Below are positions 49,695 through 59,392 of a stretch of DNA of 64,000 nt, one piece after another. The first letter of the stretch is position 1. Each line of letters opens with the position of its first letter. Source of the stretch: a virus; the IMG/VR virus record IMGVR_UViG_3300029309_000008, positions 25,757-89,756 of that record. The stretch is one strand, 5' to 3'. The position numbers and the translations under genes were made by a program. The notes under the pieces are model-generated. The model saw only the letters and a program-made list of their open reading frames with translations, made no database searches and was not told the DNA's origin.

Positions 49695-50693
49695 TTACAG
49701 AATATTTTCTAAACTATCTGTAACTTCTTCAGATGTTTTTTCCACATCTTCAGGTTCTTTGACATCGAATAGTTTCTCAACCCATACGTCTTCGAAACCT
49801 TCCATGTCTTCAATATCTCTTGATTTAAGCATATGGTAAAAGTAGTTACCTTCGGGCTTGAAGTGGTTATATTTTCCCCCTCCTTCAACTATGAACTCCA
49901 TGTCTACATACTCGTATCCATATTTGGAGAACACCATATACTTACCGACTGACCCAACTTTATAAGGGTTGTACACAGCCATCACTAGGTCTGACAACTG
50001 AAATAGTTGGTCAGAACCGTAGAAATCTAACTGGCGAGGTGCTTCTGATGGGTGGTTGCCAACTCTATCAAGAAGGTCTCTTTTGAGTTGCATCAGAGGA
50101 ACAAAGAATACATAAGGATGCATTTTCTTGAGCTTATTCATCTCTTCGAAAAGGGCATCTATCTCAGACTTCTCTCTTCCTTTCACCAGGCCAACGTGGT
50201 CGATTGTTATCATGACCTTCTTATCTACATTCTCCTGCAAAAATGTTGCCACCTCCTCTCCGAACTGACAAGCTGTCACAGGTTCTTCAGAGTAAAATAA
50301 ACCATCTCTTCTCTCTTGCTTACAAATGTCTCTAATGTCCTCTAGGTTTTTTCCTTCAGGAAGGTTAAACAATATCTCTGACATCTTCATATTTGTCTTC
50401 TGTGTTATCTTTCTAAGAAGTAGCTTATAGACAGCTGACTCCCAGTTACATCGCAGTAGTACCACTTCCTCAGACGTATCAAGAACATAGTTCTCTAGCT
50501 TCTGCATAAGGTATGTCTTACCATGATTAGATAGACCACCAATGGTCATTATGGTAGAAGGTAGAAACCCGCCTAGTAAGTGTTTATCAAGCCAATCAAA
50601 GCCTGTAGAAATAGGTGTTATCTCACCTGATTGAAATTTGGCTATACTTTTTACAGCCTCGTCTGTTTTTTGTCTAGCTGATACTATTGGCAT
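49695..50693 (-). CDS. DnaB-like (SF4) replicative helicase, C-terminal domain only
   Basis: ISTGFDWLD, Walker A GGLSNHGKT, IDHVGL, MQLKR, DFYGSDQLFQLSDLV. Confidence 0.85.
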   Translation of the reverse strand: MPIVSARQKTDEAVKSIAKFQSGEITPISTGFDWLDKHLLGGFLPSTIMTIGGLSNHGKTYLMQKLENYVLDTSEEVVLLRCNWESAVYKLLLRKITQKTNMKMSEILFNLPEGKNLEDIRDICKQERRDGLFYSEEPVTACQFGEEVATFLQENVDKKVMITIDHVGLVKGREKSEIDALFEEMNKLKKMHPYVFFVPLMQLKRDLLDRVGNHPSEAPRQLDFYGSDQLFQLSDLVMAVYNPYKVGSVGKYMVFSKYGYEYVDMEFIVEGGGKYNHFKPEGNYFYHMLKSRDIEDMEGFEDVWVEKLFDVKEPEDVEKTSEEVTDSLENIL

Positions 50694-51216
50694 ATTCTCT
50701 GCATTTTGTGTAAAGTCTGCTGTCTTCTATTGTAAACTTACGAGCGTAAGCGTTAGCAGGTTTCCAAATAAATAAGTCTAACCTTGCTGTGTACTGAGGC
50801 TCGCTGCTCATTAAATAATCTTCTACTGTTTCGACTATTTGGTCAAAGGTAAACAAATTATTTGTTTCTTCTACAAACTGAGCGAAAACTTTTAGTGCCT
50901 TGTTAGCACTGCCTATATTACGTCCGTAGTCTTTATATAGTTGGGCTATTTTAAGAAAGCTAGCTTTTACCTCATCGCTAATACCTGCTATTCCTATATC
51001 TCTTAGGAATGCTGTCCCCTTCTTTGCTATCTTATACCAATTATCTGACTTACGGTGTGCAATCATTCCTTCGCTGAGTAGCAAATTAACGTGGTTTTCT
51101 ATTGTTTCGTTATCCATATCTAATTTTTCGCAATCACTTTGTTTGATTGCAACAAGTAAGACTAATGTTTCGTATGTTAGGTTGGATGCGTTTAGGACAT
51201 CAAAATTTATGTACAT
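50674..51216 (-). CDS. putative replication initiator / helicase loader (wHTH-like)
   Basis: wHTH-like N-half (LLSEGMI...YKIAKKG); overlaps the helicase start. Confidence 0.4.
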   Translation of the reverse strand: MYINFDVLNASNLTYETLVLLVAIKQSDCEKLDMDNETIENHVNLLLSEGMIAHRKSDNWYKIAKKGTAFLRDIGIAGISDEVKASFLKIAQLYKDYGRNIGSANKALKVFAQFVEETNNLFTFDQIVETVEDYLMSSEPQYTARLDLFIWKPANAYARKFTIEDSRLYTKCREYANSIS

Positions 51217-51259
51217 GCTTTTTTATATTTTAATTTTACTGTTTATACTACTAGAGTAG

Positions 51260-51325
51260 CTAGTCCTTTTTATCAGGGAATAAACAATCCATTATAGCTA
51301 TTGCTACAAATATTATAATAATCAT
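51260..51325 (-). CDS. possible 21-aa hydrophobic peptide
   Basis: MIIIIFVAIAIMDCLFPDKKD lies in an intergenic gap; may be spurious. Confidence 0.25.
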   Translation of the reverse strand: MIIIIFVAIAIMDCLFPDKKD

Positions 51326-51335
51326 AATCCCTATG

Positions 51336-52454
51336 TTAACAAATTCTGGCATAGTATTCTTTATTTGTATTTATTCTCTCTAATTCTGACAAAGGTACTA
51401 AATTGTTTTCAATTCTCCTACTCATTTCATCAACTAGGTTTTTTAGTTCTTTTGATTTACCTAAATAGAAACAGTTAATCATTAGACAATCTAAAAGCTC
51501 CCAATCGTATGTTGAGCTTGAGATAAATAATCTAGAGTTGGGAAAAGGGTTTTTTGAACAATTGTCCCATGCATACTTAGCTAAAGCATAAGATGTACTG
51601 TGGTTACCTTGTTGAGAGAAGTGCCTTAGAACTGGAACATAGTGTTCTGCTCTACTAGGGTCTATCATTGAACACTTTAGATACGCTTCAATCCACTCAC
51701 TTTTGTGAGTCTTTTGTAGTATCTCGGCTACCCTCAGTTGGGACATATACTTTTCTTCCCAATATCCTTCCATAGTTAGCCTCTCTTTGTACCATCTTAA
51801 TGCTTGTGTAAGTATACCTGCATCCCTGTAAGAGTTAGCAAGGTAGAATACCCAACGTGGGTCTTTGTTTTCTTCAATGTAATCTAGTAATAGAGTAGCG
51901 TGGTCTTTGTACTTCTTTTGCGTGGACTCATTCCAAGTTGCTCCATCGGAGTTTACCTTTACGTGAAAGCCCTCTGCTTTGCCACCATTTATAACCACAC
52001 CGTTTTCTAAAGTCATATATTCGTGAACTGCCCCTACCCATTTCCAATCTTCATTTGCTCTGAAAAATTGGTCACGAGTGTAGACAGTCCCATTGTATTT
52101 CACCTCCACACCTAAATTATTACACTTTGAAAGCTGTTCAAGTAAGGCTGACATATTTAAGTTATCTAAAATAACTTCTTCATCAGCATCAATCCAAAAC
52201 CCCCACTCAGCTTTACCTTTGAGTTCTTCTAGTGCTTTGTTGCGAGCATCCGCATAGTTGACCCACTTATGGCTGATAACTTCTCCCTCTATACCATGTG
52301 TGTTCATAACACTTTTAATTTTTTCTATGGTATCGTCTGAGGAACCTGTATCAACTATGGTATACCAGTCAACTATGGGTGCCACGCTATCCAAGAGCCG
52401 TTTAATAACCTTGCTCTCGTCCTTTACAATCATGTTAAGGCCTATCTTCTTCAT
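51336..52454 (-). CDS. GT2 family glycosyltransferase with C-terminal TPR repeats
   Basis: MIVKDE, VDTGSSD, ARN, IDADE, GAVHE; TPR-like FYLANSYRD. Confidence 0.9.
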   Translation of the reverse strand: MKKIGLNMIVKDESKVIKRLLDSVAPIVDWYTIVDTGSSDDTIEKIKSVMNTHGIEGEVISHKWVNYADARNKALEELKGKAEWGFWIDADEEVILDNLNMSALLEQLSKCNNLGVEVKYNGTVYTRDQFFRANEDWKWVGAVHEYMTLENGVVINGGKAEGFHVKVNSDGATWNESTQKKYKDHATLLLDYIEENKDPRWVFYLANSYRDAGILTQALRWYKERLTMEGYWEEKYMSQLRVAEILQKTHKSEWIEAYLKCSMIDPSRAEHYVPVLRHFSQQGNHSTSYALAKYAWDNCSKNPFPNSRLFISSSTYDWELLDCLMINCFYLGKSKELKNLVDEMSRRIENNLVPLSELERINTNKEYYARIC

Positions 52455-53335
52455 TATAGGCTCACTAACATATCCATCATCTCCTGTTGGGGATGAATAT
52501 CACACTTACCTGTGTTTGTGTTTGTATGAGACAATACACCTTTGACAAGACCTCTGTATGCTTCTTCTTTCCATTCGAAAGCCTTTGCACCTTCTTGCTT
52601 AATCCATTTAGGAAGACCCTCACGAATGTCTATCCCGTCTCTTTCAGCAATGAAGTACAGCCACTCACGAACTTGCTCTATCTGTGCATCTGAGAACTTG
52701 TGCCACACAGTCATACCTTTGAAAGGTTCAGCTAAAGTCACGATTTGAGAAGGGTCTGCTTTCACTCCTGCCCAAGTCTTGCCATCTTTCAGGTAACCCC
52801 AATTGCAAATTTCTAATCCTACAGAATGCTCGTGCATATACTGAGAACCATTTCTACCGATGTGCCAAGCATACGCTCCTGATGGGAAAGCCTGAACCAT
52901 TCTACCATCGTAGGTATTATCGTCCCCCTTGATAGAAGGACCTCCTAATACAAACTCAGTTGCAATACGCCCTCTACTATCTCTACCCCAATGGTCGATA
53001 CACTTGTAAGGATTGTGCCACCCTGCTGTGAAATGTAAGAACGCATACTCTTTTGTGGTGGGACCGTTTAGATATTCTCCTGTGGGTAGGTAGTGAGTGT
53101 CATAAGAAAAACTCGAGTCTATAGCTTTGTCCACGGTCAAATCCGTATCTAACAAACCCATAGCTTCTAGTGTCTTAGGGCCAACAAGTCCATCAACCAC
53201 CAAACCTCTAACCTTTTGAAAGGTTTTTACTGCATCCTCTGTTTGAGGACCAAATATGCCATCTACATCGATAGCACCCAAAAAGGACTGAATCTCCATT
53301 ACCATTCGTCCTCTGCTTCCCATTCTATAAATCAT
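52454..53335 (-). CDS. endolysin: PG-binding domain plus N-acetylmuramoyl-L-alanine amidase
   Basis: DGIFGPQT...FQ...DGLVGPKT (PG_binding_1); LHFTAG, AWH, SVGLEIC, SHTN...KCD (Amidase_2-like). Confidence 0.85.
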   Translation of the reverse strand: MIYRMGSRGRMVMEIQSFLGAIDVDGIFGPQTEDAVKTFQKVRGLVVDGLVGPKTLEAMGLLDTDLTVDKAIDSSFSYDTHYLPTGEYLNGPTTKEYAFLHFTAGWHNPYKCIDHWGRDSRGRIATEFVLGGPSIKGDDNTYDGRMVQAFPSGAYAWHIGRNGSQYMHEHSVGLEICNWGYLKDGKTWAGVKADPSQIVTLAEPFKGMTVWHKFSDAQIEQVREWLYFIAERDGIDIREGLPKWIKQEGAKAFEWKEEAYRGLVKGVLSHTNTNTGKCDIHPQQEMMDMLVSL

Positions 53336-53588
53336 GATTGTAATCTTTATAAGTTATTGAAATAAGTTTATCTAAATAAACTTTTGCCTTCTGTAAGTCC
53401 TCCAAACCATTCTTAGATTTGTGGCGAGTCACATACTTAATAATATTTCCTTCGAAGAAATCCAAGTTGTGAGCTGCTATATAATCCCACGTTTCTATGC
53501 TCTTATTGTAGAACTTAGGATATGTAGTGCCTCTACTCTTTGGTCTGTGTGGATTATCCATTAAAGGGTCTCTAGTGTTTTGTCCCAT
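53325..53588 (-). CDS. DUF3310 family protein (T7 gp1.7-like nucleotide kinase)
   Basis: IETWDYI...FFEGNIIKYVTRHKSKNGLEDLQKAKVYL; start moved from the track call to the ATG at 53588. Confidence 0.85.
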   Translation of the reverse strand: MGQNTRDPLMDNPHRPKSRGTTYPKFYNKSIETWDYIAAHNLDFFEGNIIKYVTRHKSKNGLEDLQKAKVYLDKLISITYKDYNHDL

Positions 53589-53589
53589 A

Positions 53590-53775
53590 CTACTTATTCT
53601 TTGCGACACTATACTCAGTATTGTTGTCTGCGTTAACATTCAAGAGGTCTACTAAATTATTAGCCTCTTCTTTCGATTCCAAGTTTAACACGACTCCCAT
53701 ACTATCTAACAAATATACGCTAGAAGAAGATAATTGAGAGTGTACTTTAATTTTTTTTATGATTTTATATCCCAT
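53590..53775 (-). CDS. hypothetical protein
   Basis: 61-aa ORF packed between neighbouring genes. Confidence 0.6.
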   Translation of the reverse strand: MGYKIIKKIKVHSQLSSSSVYLLDSMGVVLNLESKEEANNLVDLLNVNADNNTEYSVAKNK

Positions 53776-54475
53776 GAGTAATATAGTGTCTTCCTTCCTT
53801 AATTAATTTAATGCTATCACTGACAAGAGTTGAATCATCCAAGTTGATAATTAACTCAGGGTCAATGGGTAGTCCCAAGAACCTTGTCTCCAAGTGGAGG
53901 TGAGGACCCGTAGAACGACCTGTAGACCCCACCAATCCAATAGCATCCCCTGATTCTAAAGTATCACCTTGCTCCACAAACAAAGTCCTGTGGTGAGCAT
54001 AGTAAGTCTCAAGACCGTTAAAGTGTCTTATGATAACTAAGTTACCATAACCTCCATTATAACCTCTTTTTGAATACCTAACGACTCCAGGAAACATACT
54101 TCTTGTGGTATCTCTGTTGTTGTACGCTATGTCGATACCATCGTGGTTCCTCCCCCAACGCCATCCGTAGCCGCTTGTCATTGTCCCATCTACAGGATAA
54201 CAATACTCATGTTCGTGAGTAACTAAGGGTAGCTTTACAGTATCAGGAGTGTCATAATCCCTGTAATGCAATCTATTCCACGAATACGTAGAATCATACA
54301 AAGTATCCCCCATAAGAACTGCCGTATCCAAATCAAACGTAGAGTCCACAATTATCGCAGTCTCTATGTCGTAATAATTGTTTACAGTTTTGCTATCTAA
54401 CGATACCCAAACCCATAACATTAATATAGTAATAAATACTAATTTCCAATCAATCATATTTACTTTATGTTGCAT
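53765..54475 (-). CDS. M23 family peptidase with N-terminal membrane anchor
   Basis: HDGID, GYGN, YAH, GSTGRSTGPHLHLE; hydrophobic N-terminus. Confidence 0.9.
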   Translation of the reverse strand: MQHKVNMIDWKLVFITILMLWVWVSLDSKTVNNYYDIETAIIVDSTFDLDTAVLMGDTLYDSTYSWNRLHYRDYDTPDTVKLPLVTHEHEYCYPVDGTMTSGYGWRWGRNHDGIDIAYNNRDTTRSMFPGVVRYSKRGYNGGYGNLVIIRHFNGLETYYAHHRTLFVEQGDTLESGDAIGLVGSTGRSTGPHLHLETRFLGLPIDPELIINLDDSTLVSDSIKLIKEGRHYITHGI

Positions 54476-54477
54476 AA

Positions 54478-56505
54478 TTATTTTGCTTCATACCATGATG
54501 TGCCAATATTGGCTTCTGCCCCCATCTCCACTAATCCACTACTAAGGTAGTAATTTCCCCCATCTATCATACACTTTTCTAGAATTTTTCCATATTCGTC
54601 TGCTAAACTTGAGTCTACCTCAAGCACAAATTCATCGTGGGGTATATTGCATATTTTAACTTTTCCAAAGTGGTTATGTTTAACAATGTGTTCAAAAAGT
54701 AAAGAAGCTGCTCTTTTTGTTTGGTGAGCAGAGGTAGCTTGAACAGGATTGTTTAAAGACAACCTGAAGTACTTACCTCTTCTAGAAAAGTATTTAGAAA
54801 GCTTTGGTCTTACTTTTTCATAGTGTTCTAGAGAGGCAGCGTTTGTTACTTTGAATTCTTCGCCTTTCTCTTCTGCTTCAATTCTAAGTTTAGCCTGTTC
54901 TTTGCCTTCTTTGTATTTGACCCAAAACTCTGAGTCTTTACTTTCCATCCATTGATGCAACCCTTCGAACTCATCATAAAATGGTAGTGCAAGTTTAAAG
55001 CCATCAGCAGACTCTATGTAACCTAATGACATTGCCTCGGCTAGTTTTCTTTCTCCCCATTCATAAACTCCTGGATGCAGTTCTCTGTATAACTTTTCAA
55101 GGTTCTCTCCCTCTTCTACTGGTATATTAAGGCTTTTAGCCGCTGTAAAGCCTGTGCCGCCATACGAAAAACAAAAGCGGGGTGCCTTTGAGAATTGCCT
55201 TTTATCTTTATGGTTGTTTTTAATTTCATCGTCAGTTAATTCTTTTAGTTCAGGAAATATGAGTCTTGCAAATGCAGAGTGTAAATCATCTCCATTTTTA
55301 ATTGATGCAATCATAACTGCATCTTTGTGAAGGTCGGCTCCTACCACATTCTCTTGACCTTCGTAGTCAGCTACAACCATTTTGTATCCCTGCTTTGCTA
55401 CAAAGCATTCCCTTGTTCGCTGGTTTGCGGGGAAGTTGAGTATGTTAACTCCTCCCCTCCTTGTTGAAATACGTGCTGTATCTAACACAGGATTAAAGTC
55501 TGTGTATATCCTACCATCATCTATTTTATCTAATATATTTTCTCCATAGGTGCTTACATCGTGCTCTGCTTGCTTGTATCTTAACCATATCTCTACAAAA
55601 GGATGGTTACTTTTTTTAAGCACATCTTTGTTTAACGTTCTTTTATCGGGGTGGTCATCAGCATCTCTCAATTCTATTTCAAATGCCTCAAATACAGGAA
55701 TCATTTGTTGTTGAGATGTCAGCATAGGTATAATACGTTTAGACTTATCGAACATATCTATTTGTATGTCTCTAAACTTAGGGAGGTTGTCATATACATA
55801 CTCTACCACTTCTCTACTTGCTTCTTGTAAAACAAGTTTATCTTTTTCTATTTTATCTTTCCACTTATCGAGTGAGACAGGCATACCACATTGCTCCATA
55901 TAAGCAAGTGCTTTTATATATCTACAATGAAGCTTGAACGTGCCCACCGACTTGGCTTCTTTTAGTTTTCGACCTAACTCCTTTACAAGTTCTAAAACTT
56001 TGTCAACATCATTAAATGCATATTGGATAGCTCTATGGTTGGATAGTTGAGTTTTAGCAATGTTTTTCTGCTCTGATTTATCATAATCTAGTCCTAACTC
56101 TCTGTCCATTACAAATGCAAATCCATGTCTAGAAACTCTACCATTACCGTTGTAAAGTATTTTACTCGCTATAAAGGTGTCGTAAACATTTTCAGGAACA
56201 AAATTATGCTTGTAGAGCCACCCTAAGTCGAATGTAAGGTTATGACCTACTAATGTTTTTCCTTTTAGGTAAGGTGCAACTTCTTCGAAAGTTAGCTCAC
56301 CTCCTAGTTGCTGAAAGTCAATAATATAATTATTATCGCCTGTTCCTATCTGAACACAAAACATATGTCCTTTTCTAGGGGATAGTGAAGTAGTCTCTGA
56401 GTCAAAGGCTATGACATCAGGTAATACCATATCATCTAAAGAACAATAGTTATAGTTCCCTATCTTTTCAAAGAAAGGTTTGTTATTTGTTATGATATAG
56501 TTCAT
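54478..56505 (-). CDS. polA: family A DNA polymerase with 3'-5' exonuclease
   Basis: Exonuclease motifs DSET, HNLTFD, YAFND; motif A DYEGQE; motif B RQFSKAPRFCFSYG; motif C HDE. Confidence 0.92.
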   Translation of the reverse strand: MNYIITNNKPFFEKIGNYNYCSLDDMVLPDVIAFDSETTSLSPRKGHMFCVQIGTGDNNYIIDFQQLGGELTFEEVAPYLKGKTLVGHNLTFDLGWLYKHNFVPENVYDTFIASKILYNGNGRVSRHGFAFVMDRELGLDYDKSEQKNIAKTQLSNHRAIQYAFNDVDKVLELVKELGRKLKEAKSVGTFKLHCRYIKALAYMEQCGMPVSLDKWKDKIEKDKLVLQEASREVVEYVYDNLPKFRDIQIDMFDKSKRIIPMLTSQQQMIPVFEAFEIELRDADDHPDKRTLNKDVLKKSNHPFVEIWLRYKQAEHDVSTYGENILDKIDDGRIYTDFNPVLDTARISTRRGGVNILNFPANQRTRECFVAKQGYKMVVADYEGQENVVGADLHKDAVMIASIKNGDDLHSAFARLIFPELKELTDDEIKNNHKDKRQFSKAPRFCFSYGGTGFTAAKSLNIPVEEGENLEKLYRELHPGVYEWGERKLAEAMSLGYIESADGFKLALPFYDEFEGLHQWMESKDSEFWVKYKEGKEQAKLRIEAEEKGEEFKVTNAASLEHYEKVRPKLSKYFSRRGKYFRLSLNNPVQATSAHQTKRAASLLFEHIVKHNHFGKVKICNIPHDEFVLEVDSSLADEYGKILEKCMIDGGNYYLSSGLVEMGAEANIGTSWYEAK

Positions 56506-56738
56506 TCTTCTAAATATTCATCATCAGGGGTTAAGCATTCCCCTTTTACAAATATAGACTTAGATAACATAGATTCCAAATTCATTAATTCACCTTCCTC
56601 CAGACCATACACTTCTAATACTGGCGGCACGCTACCTGTAGTAAGCATAGAAGCCATTCTAATAAGTTCATCCTCTTCGCAAACAAGTTTATCATTAATA
56701 TATAATTGACAGTCTTTTAATATTATTTTATTGGTCAT
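56502..56738 (-). CDS. hypothetical acidic protein
   Basis: 78 aa, ATGA-coupled to polA. Confidence 0.65.
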   Translation of the reverse strand: MTNKIILKDCQLYINDKLVCEEDELIRMASMLTTGSVPPVLEVYGLEEGELMNLESMLSKSIFVKGECLTPDDEYLEE

Positions 56739-56740
56739 TT

Positions 56741-58156
56741 TTAATTATTTAAATTAATTAAGTTAATTGTTTTGAGATATTTTATTACTATATCTTTTGT
56801 TTCTTTTGCCGTTAATGTTGTTGGGTCAAAATCTTTGGATGCTATCCAGTTTAAATATTGAGGGTTTTGAGTGTAAATACTAGCAACACTTTTATTTTTG
56901 TACTTACCAAACGATATTTTAAAAGTTCCATAGTCTCCTCTGTTTGTAGATAGTTTTTGAAAGTTACTTTGCTTCTGTATCAGCTCTCTTTTAGTAATCT
57001 TTAATGCATCTGCCATAGGCACGCTACTAATCAATTTATCGTCTGCAAACATTCCCCAACCAAAACCTTTTACATCTTCAAAGTTAATGTTTTCTACTTT
57101 ACCAAACTTGTGAGAGTTTCCTGCTAAATCAATTATCTTGCAATTTTCTTTTCCTTCTGCGATGCGACAACCTCTACCTACTTGTTGGTAATAGATAGCT
57201 AAAGAAGCTGTAGGTCGAGTGGTTATGATTGCATCTAATTCAGGATGGTCAAACCCTACTGCAAACAAGTTACAATTAAATAAAACTTTTATGTTACCTG
57301 CCTTGAAGTCTTTTACTATCCTTTCCCTATCCTTTTTCTTTGTTTCTGCACTAGCCCACTCGCTGTCATCTACGATACTAGCTAATTCCTTTGCCTCTTC
57401 TACCGAGGGTACAAAAACTAATATTGATTTTCTGTTTTCTTTCCTTAACTCTCGTATCTCATTTACTAGGTTACCTCTAGTATTATTTAGTGTGTACATC
57501 CTACTTATGGAATCTTGGGTAAACTCTGAACCCGAAGAATTCATACGCAACATAGAAGTGTCTACATACCTATTTTCATAGAGAAGCTTACTCCAATAGT
57601 CTCTATTTACTAATTCTTTTATTTGTGTAACGTGTATGATGCGTTTGAAAAAAGAGTCTTTTGCTCTTACCATCATCTTGAGAACTGTACCTATCATTAA
57701 TGATTTCAAGTATATAGGTGTGGCAGTAAGACCTATTACTTTTTTAGGGTTGATTGCTCTAATGCTTTTATGTATGTTCCCACCGACTTTTGTCCCTAAA
57801 TGACACTCGTCAACGATTACATATTTGATGTGTCTAAATTGGTCTATAGAGTTCTTAACACTACCTGGTGTAGCGAAAACTACATTGCTTACTTCTTTTA
57901 ATCCAAGTGATGCACTAAATATAGATGCCTCTAGGCCATATGAAGTGTACTTTTCATAATTTTGTTCTAGCAATTCTTTTGAGGGCTGTAGACACAATAC
58001 AGGCTCGTTAAGTATCCTCGCTAAATTAGCAACAATGAGGCTCTTACCTGCTCCCGTTGGGGCTACCACAATACCATTTTTAGCACTGCTGTTTCTTATG
58101 AAGTCAATACAATCGTTTACTGCCCTTTGTTGGTAGTCTCTGAGTTTGTAAGCCAT
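56741..58156 (-). CDS. SF2 DExH helicase (RadD/UvsW-like)
   Basis: LRDYQ, PTGAGKS, DECH, TAT, GFDHP, QQVGRGCR; C-terminal FGKYK...YLNWI module. Confidence 0.9.
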   Translation of the reverse strand: MAYKLRDYQQRAVNDCIDFIRNSSAKNGIVVAPTGAGKSLIVANLARILNEPVLCLQPSKELLEQNYEKYTSYGLEASIFSASLGLKEVSNVVFATPGSVKNSIDQFRHIKYVIVDECHLGTKVGGNIHKSIRAINPKKVIGLTATPIYLKSLMIGTVLKMMVRAKDSFFKRIIHVTQIKELVNRDYWSKLLYENRYVDTSMLRMNSSGSEFTQDSISRMYTLNNTRGNLVNEIRELRKENRKSILVFVPSVEEAKELASIVDDSEWASAETKKKDRERIVKDFKAGNIKVLFNCNLFAVGFDHPELDAIITTRPTASLAIYYQQVGRGCRIAEGKENCKIIDLAGNSHKFGKVENINFEDVKGFGWGMFADDKLISSVPMADALKITKRELIQKQSNFQKLSTNRGDYGTFKISFGKYKNKSVASIYTQNPQYLNWIASKDFDPTTLTAKETKDIVIKYLKTINLINLNN

Positions 58157-58647
58157 TCTTCTAATTTAGTTTTTAAAATCCCATTCTCTTCTACTAAAGA
58201 TATAACTTTTTTCATTCTAGCAAAACTTTTTGGAAATTCTTTTTCTAGTCTATCAAAATTGTTTGTATCCACAAGTTTATCGAATCTTGTGTGTGCATCC
58301 CAAGATAAATAAACCACATTATCACTGTGGTCCTCTACGGAGCGATACTTTCTTTTAGGGAATAGGTGTGCAATGTTTAGTCTAGAAGGCGTGTAGATAT
58401 GTTCTCCTGTTTCATAACAAAATGGGTGTTGGGAAAGAAACTCTATGTGAGCATAAAAGAATTTATTTAACTTATCTTTTCTTTCTGTATCCATCTTGAA
58501 CGATTTTTTTATAGGTGTCTTTCGAGTCATCATAGTCTCTTCACCCTGATTCCGTCTCTGCATCTCTCTGCAGGGAGGACATAAGCCTTTGCTTCTGACA
58601 GGCACTTCTGCACCACATTCTTTACAAGGATATAACTTACGTTCCAT
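58117..58647 (-). CDS. Zn-finger plus HNH-like (NinG-type) nuclease
   Basis: CKEC...CPPC; AHLFPK...NVVYL...H-x-x-FD; start set at the TAATG overlap with the SET gene. Confidence 0.6.
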   Translation of the reverse strand: MERKLYPCKECGAEVPVRSKGLCPPCREMQRRNQGEETMMTRKTPIKKSFKMDTERKDKLNKFFYAHIEFLSQHPFCYETGEHIYTPSRLNIAHLFPKRKYRSVEDHSDNVVYLSWDAHTRFDKLVDTNNFDRLEKEFPKSFARMKKVISLVEENGILKTKLEEWLTNSETTNKGQ

Positions 58648-59003
58648 TATATCATATCTGCACACGCACCTTTAGTATCAAAATCTGTATCTCCACATAC
58701 ATTATAAAGGGTATACTTTAAAGTAAGTTCTTCTCCTACTTTTACATCTCGTATAGTTCTAACATATTTTAAATCTCCTTCTTCGACCAATATTAAGTTA
58801 GGGTCATCGTTATGGTTAATAAAACCACCGAGGGGAGTTCTAATATAGTTATTCTGAAATCTCTCATCATGCTTGTGAGATACACCTAATACTAGCCCTT
58901 TCTCTATTGGTTTAGTAGCAAATAAACCAAGTCCATGTATGCAGGAGTCTTTCACTGTAAGTCCTGTCATTAGTGGCGTATAAAAATCATGCTTTCCTAT
59001 CAT
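58647..59003 (-). CDS. SET-domain protein (putative lysine methyltransferase)
   Basis: IHGLGLFA, FINHNDDPN, IRDV-x-x-GEELT-x-x-Y. Confidence 0.9.
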   Translation of the reverse strand: MIGKHDFYTPLMTGLTVKDSCIHGLGLFATKPIEKGLVLGVSHKHDERFQNNYIRTPLGGFINHNDDPNLILVEEGDLKYVRTIRDVKVGEELTLKYTLYNVCGDTDFDTKGACADMI

Positions 59004-59009
59004 TATTAT

Positions 59010-59381
59010 TTATTTTAATTGACTTCCTCTAATTAGAATCGTGACATCTTTCGACTTAGAGTTAAATACAGTAGAAATATGTTTTACTACTTGCTCATGG
59101 TCAAAAGTATTGCACGAATATACATCAGCAGAAAAATATCCTCTTTCAGGAAATGAATGAAATGTAAAATGGCTCTCCATAAAAATAATACCTCCCGTGA
59201 CCCCAGTGCTTTTTTTATCAATCATGGATTCATCAACTTCATAGATTAGTGTATCAGACAGTGGTCTAAGCCCAATCATATTGGTAACTGTTAGTAATGT
59301 ATCCTTTATTAGCTCAATGTCCCACAAAGAGTCATAATCGCACCCATACGCATCCAATATCAAATGTTTACCATTTTTCAT
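59010..59381 (-). CDS. speD: S-adenosylmethionine decarboxylase proenzyme (class 1b)
   Basis: GKHLILD-x-YGC, GVTG, autocleavage site ESH-x-x-x-H-x-FPE, DVYSC. Confidence 0.9.
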   Translation of the reverse strand: MKNGKHLILDAYGCDYDSLWDIELIKDTLLTVTNMIGLRPLSDTLIYEVDESMIDKKSTGVTGGIIFMESHFTFHSFPERGYFSADVYSCNTFDHEQVVKHISTVFNSKSKDVTILIRGSQLK

Positions 59382-59392
59382 ATTTATCTAAT

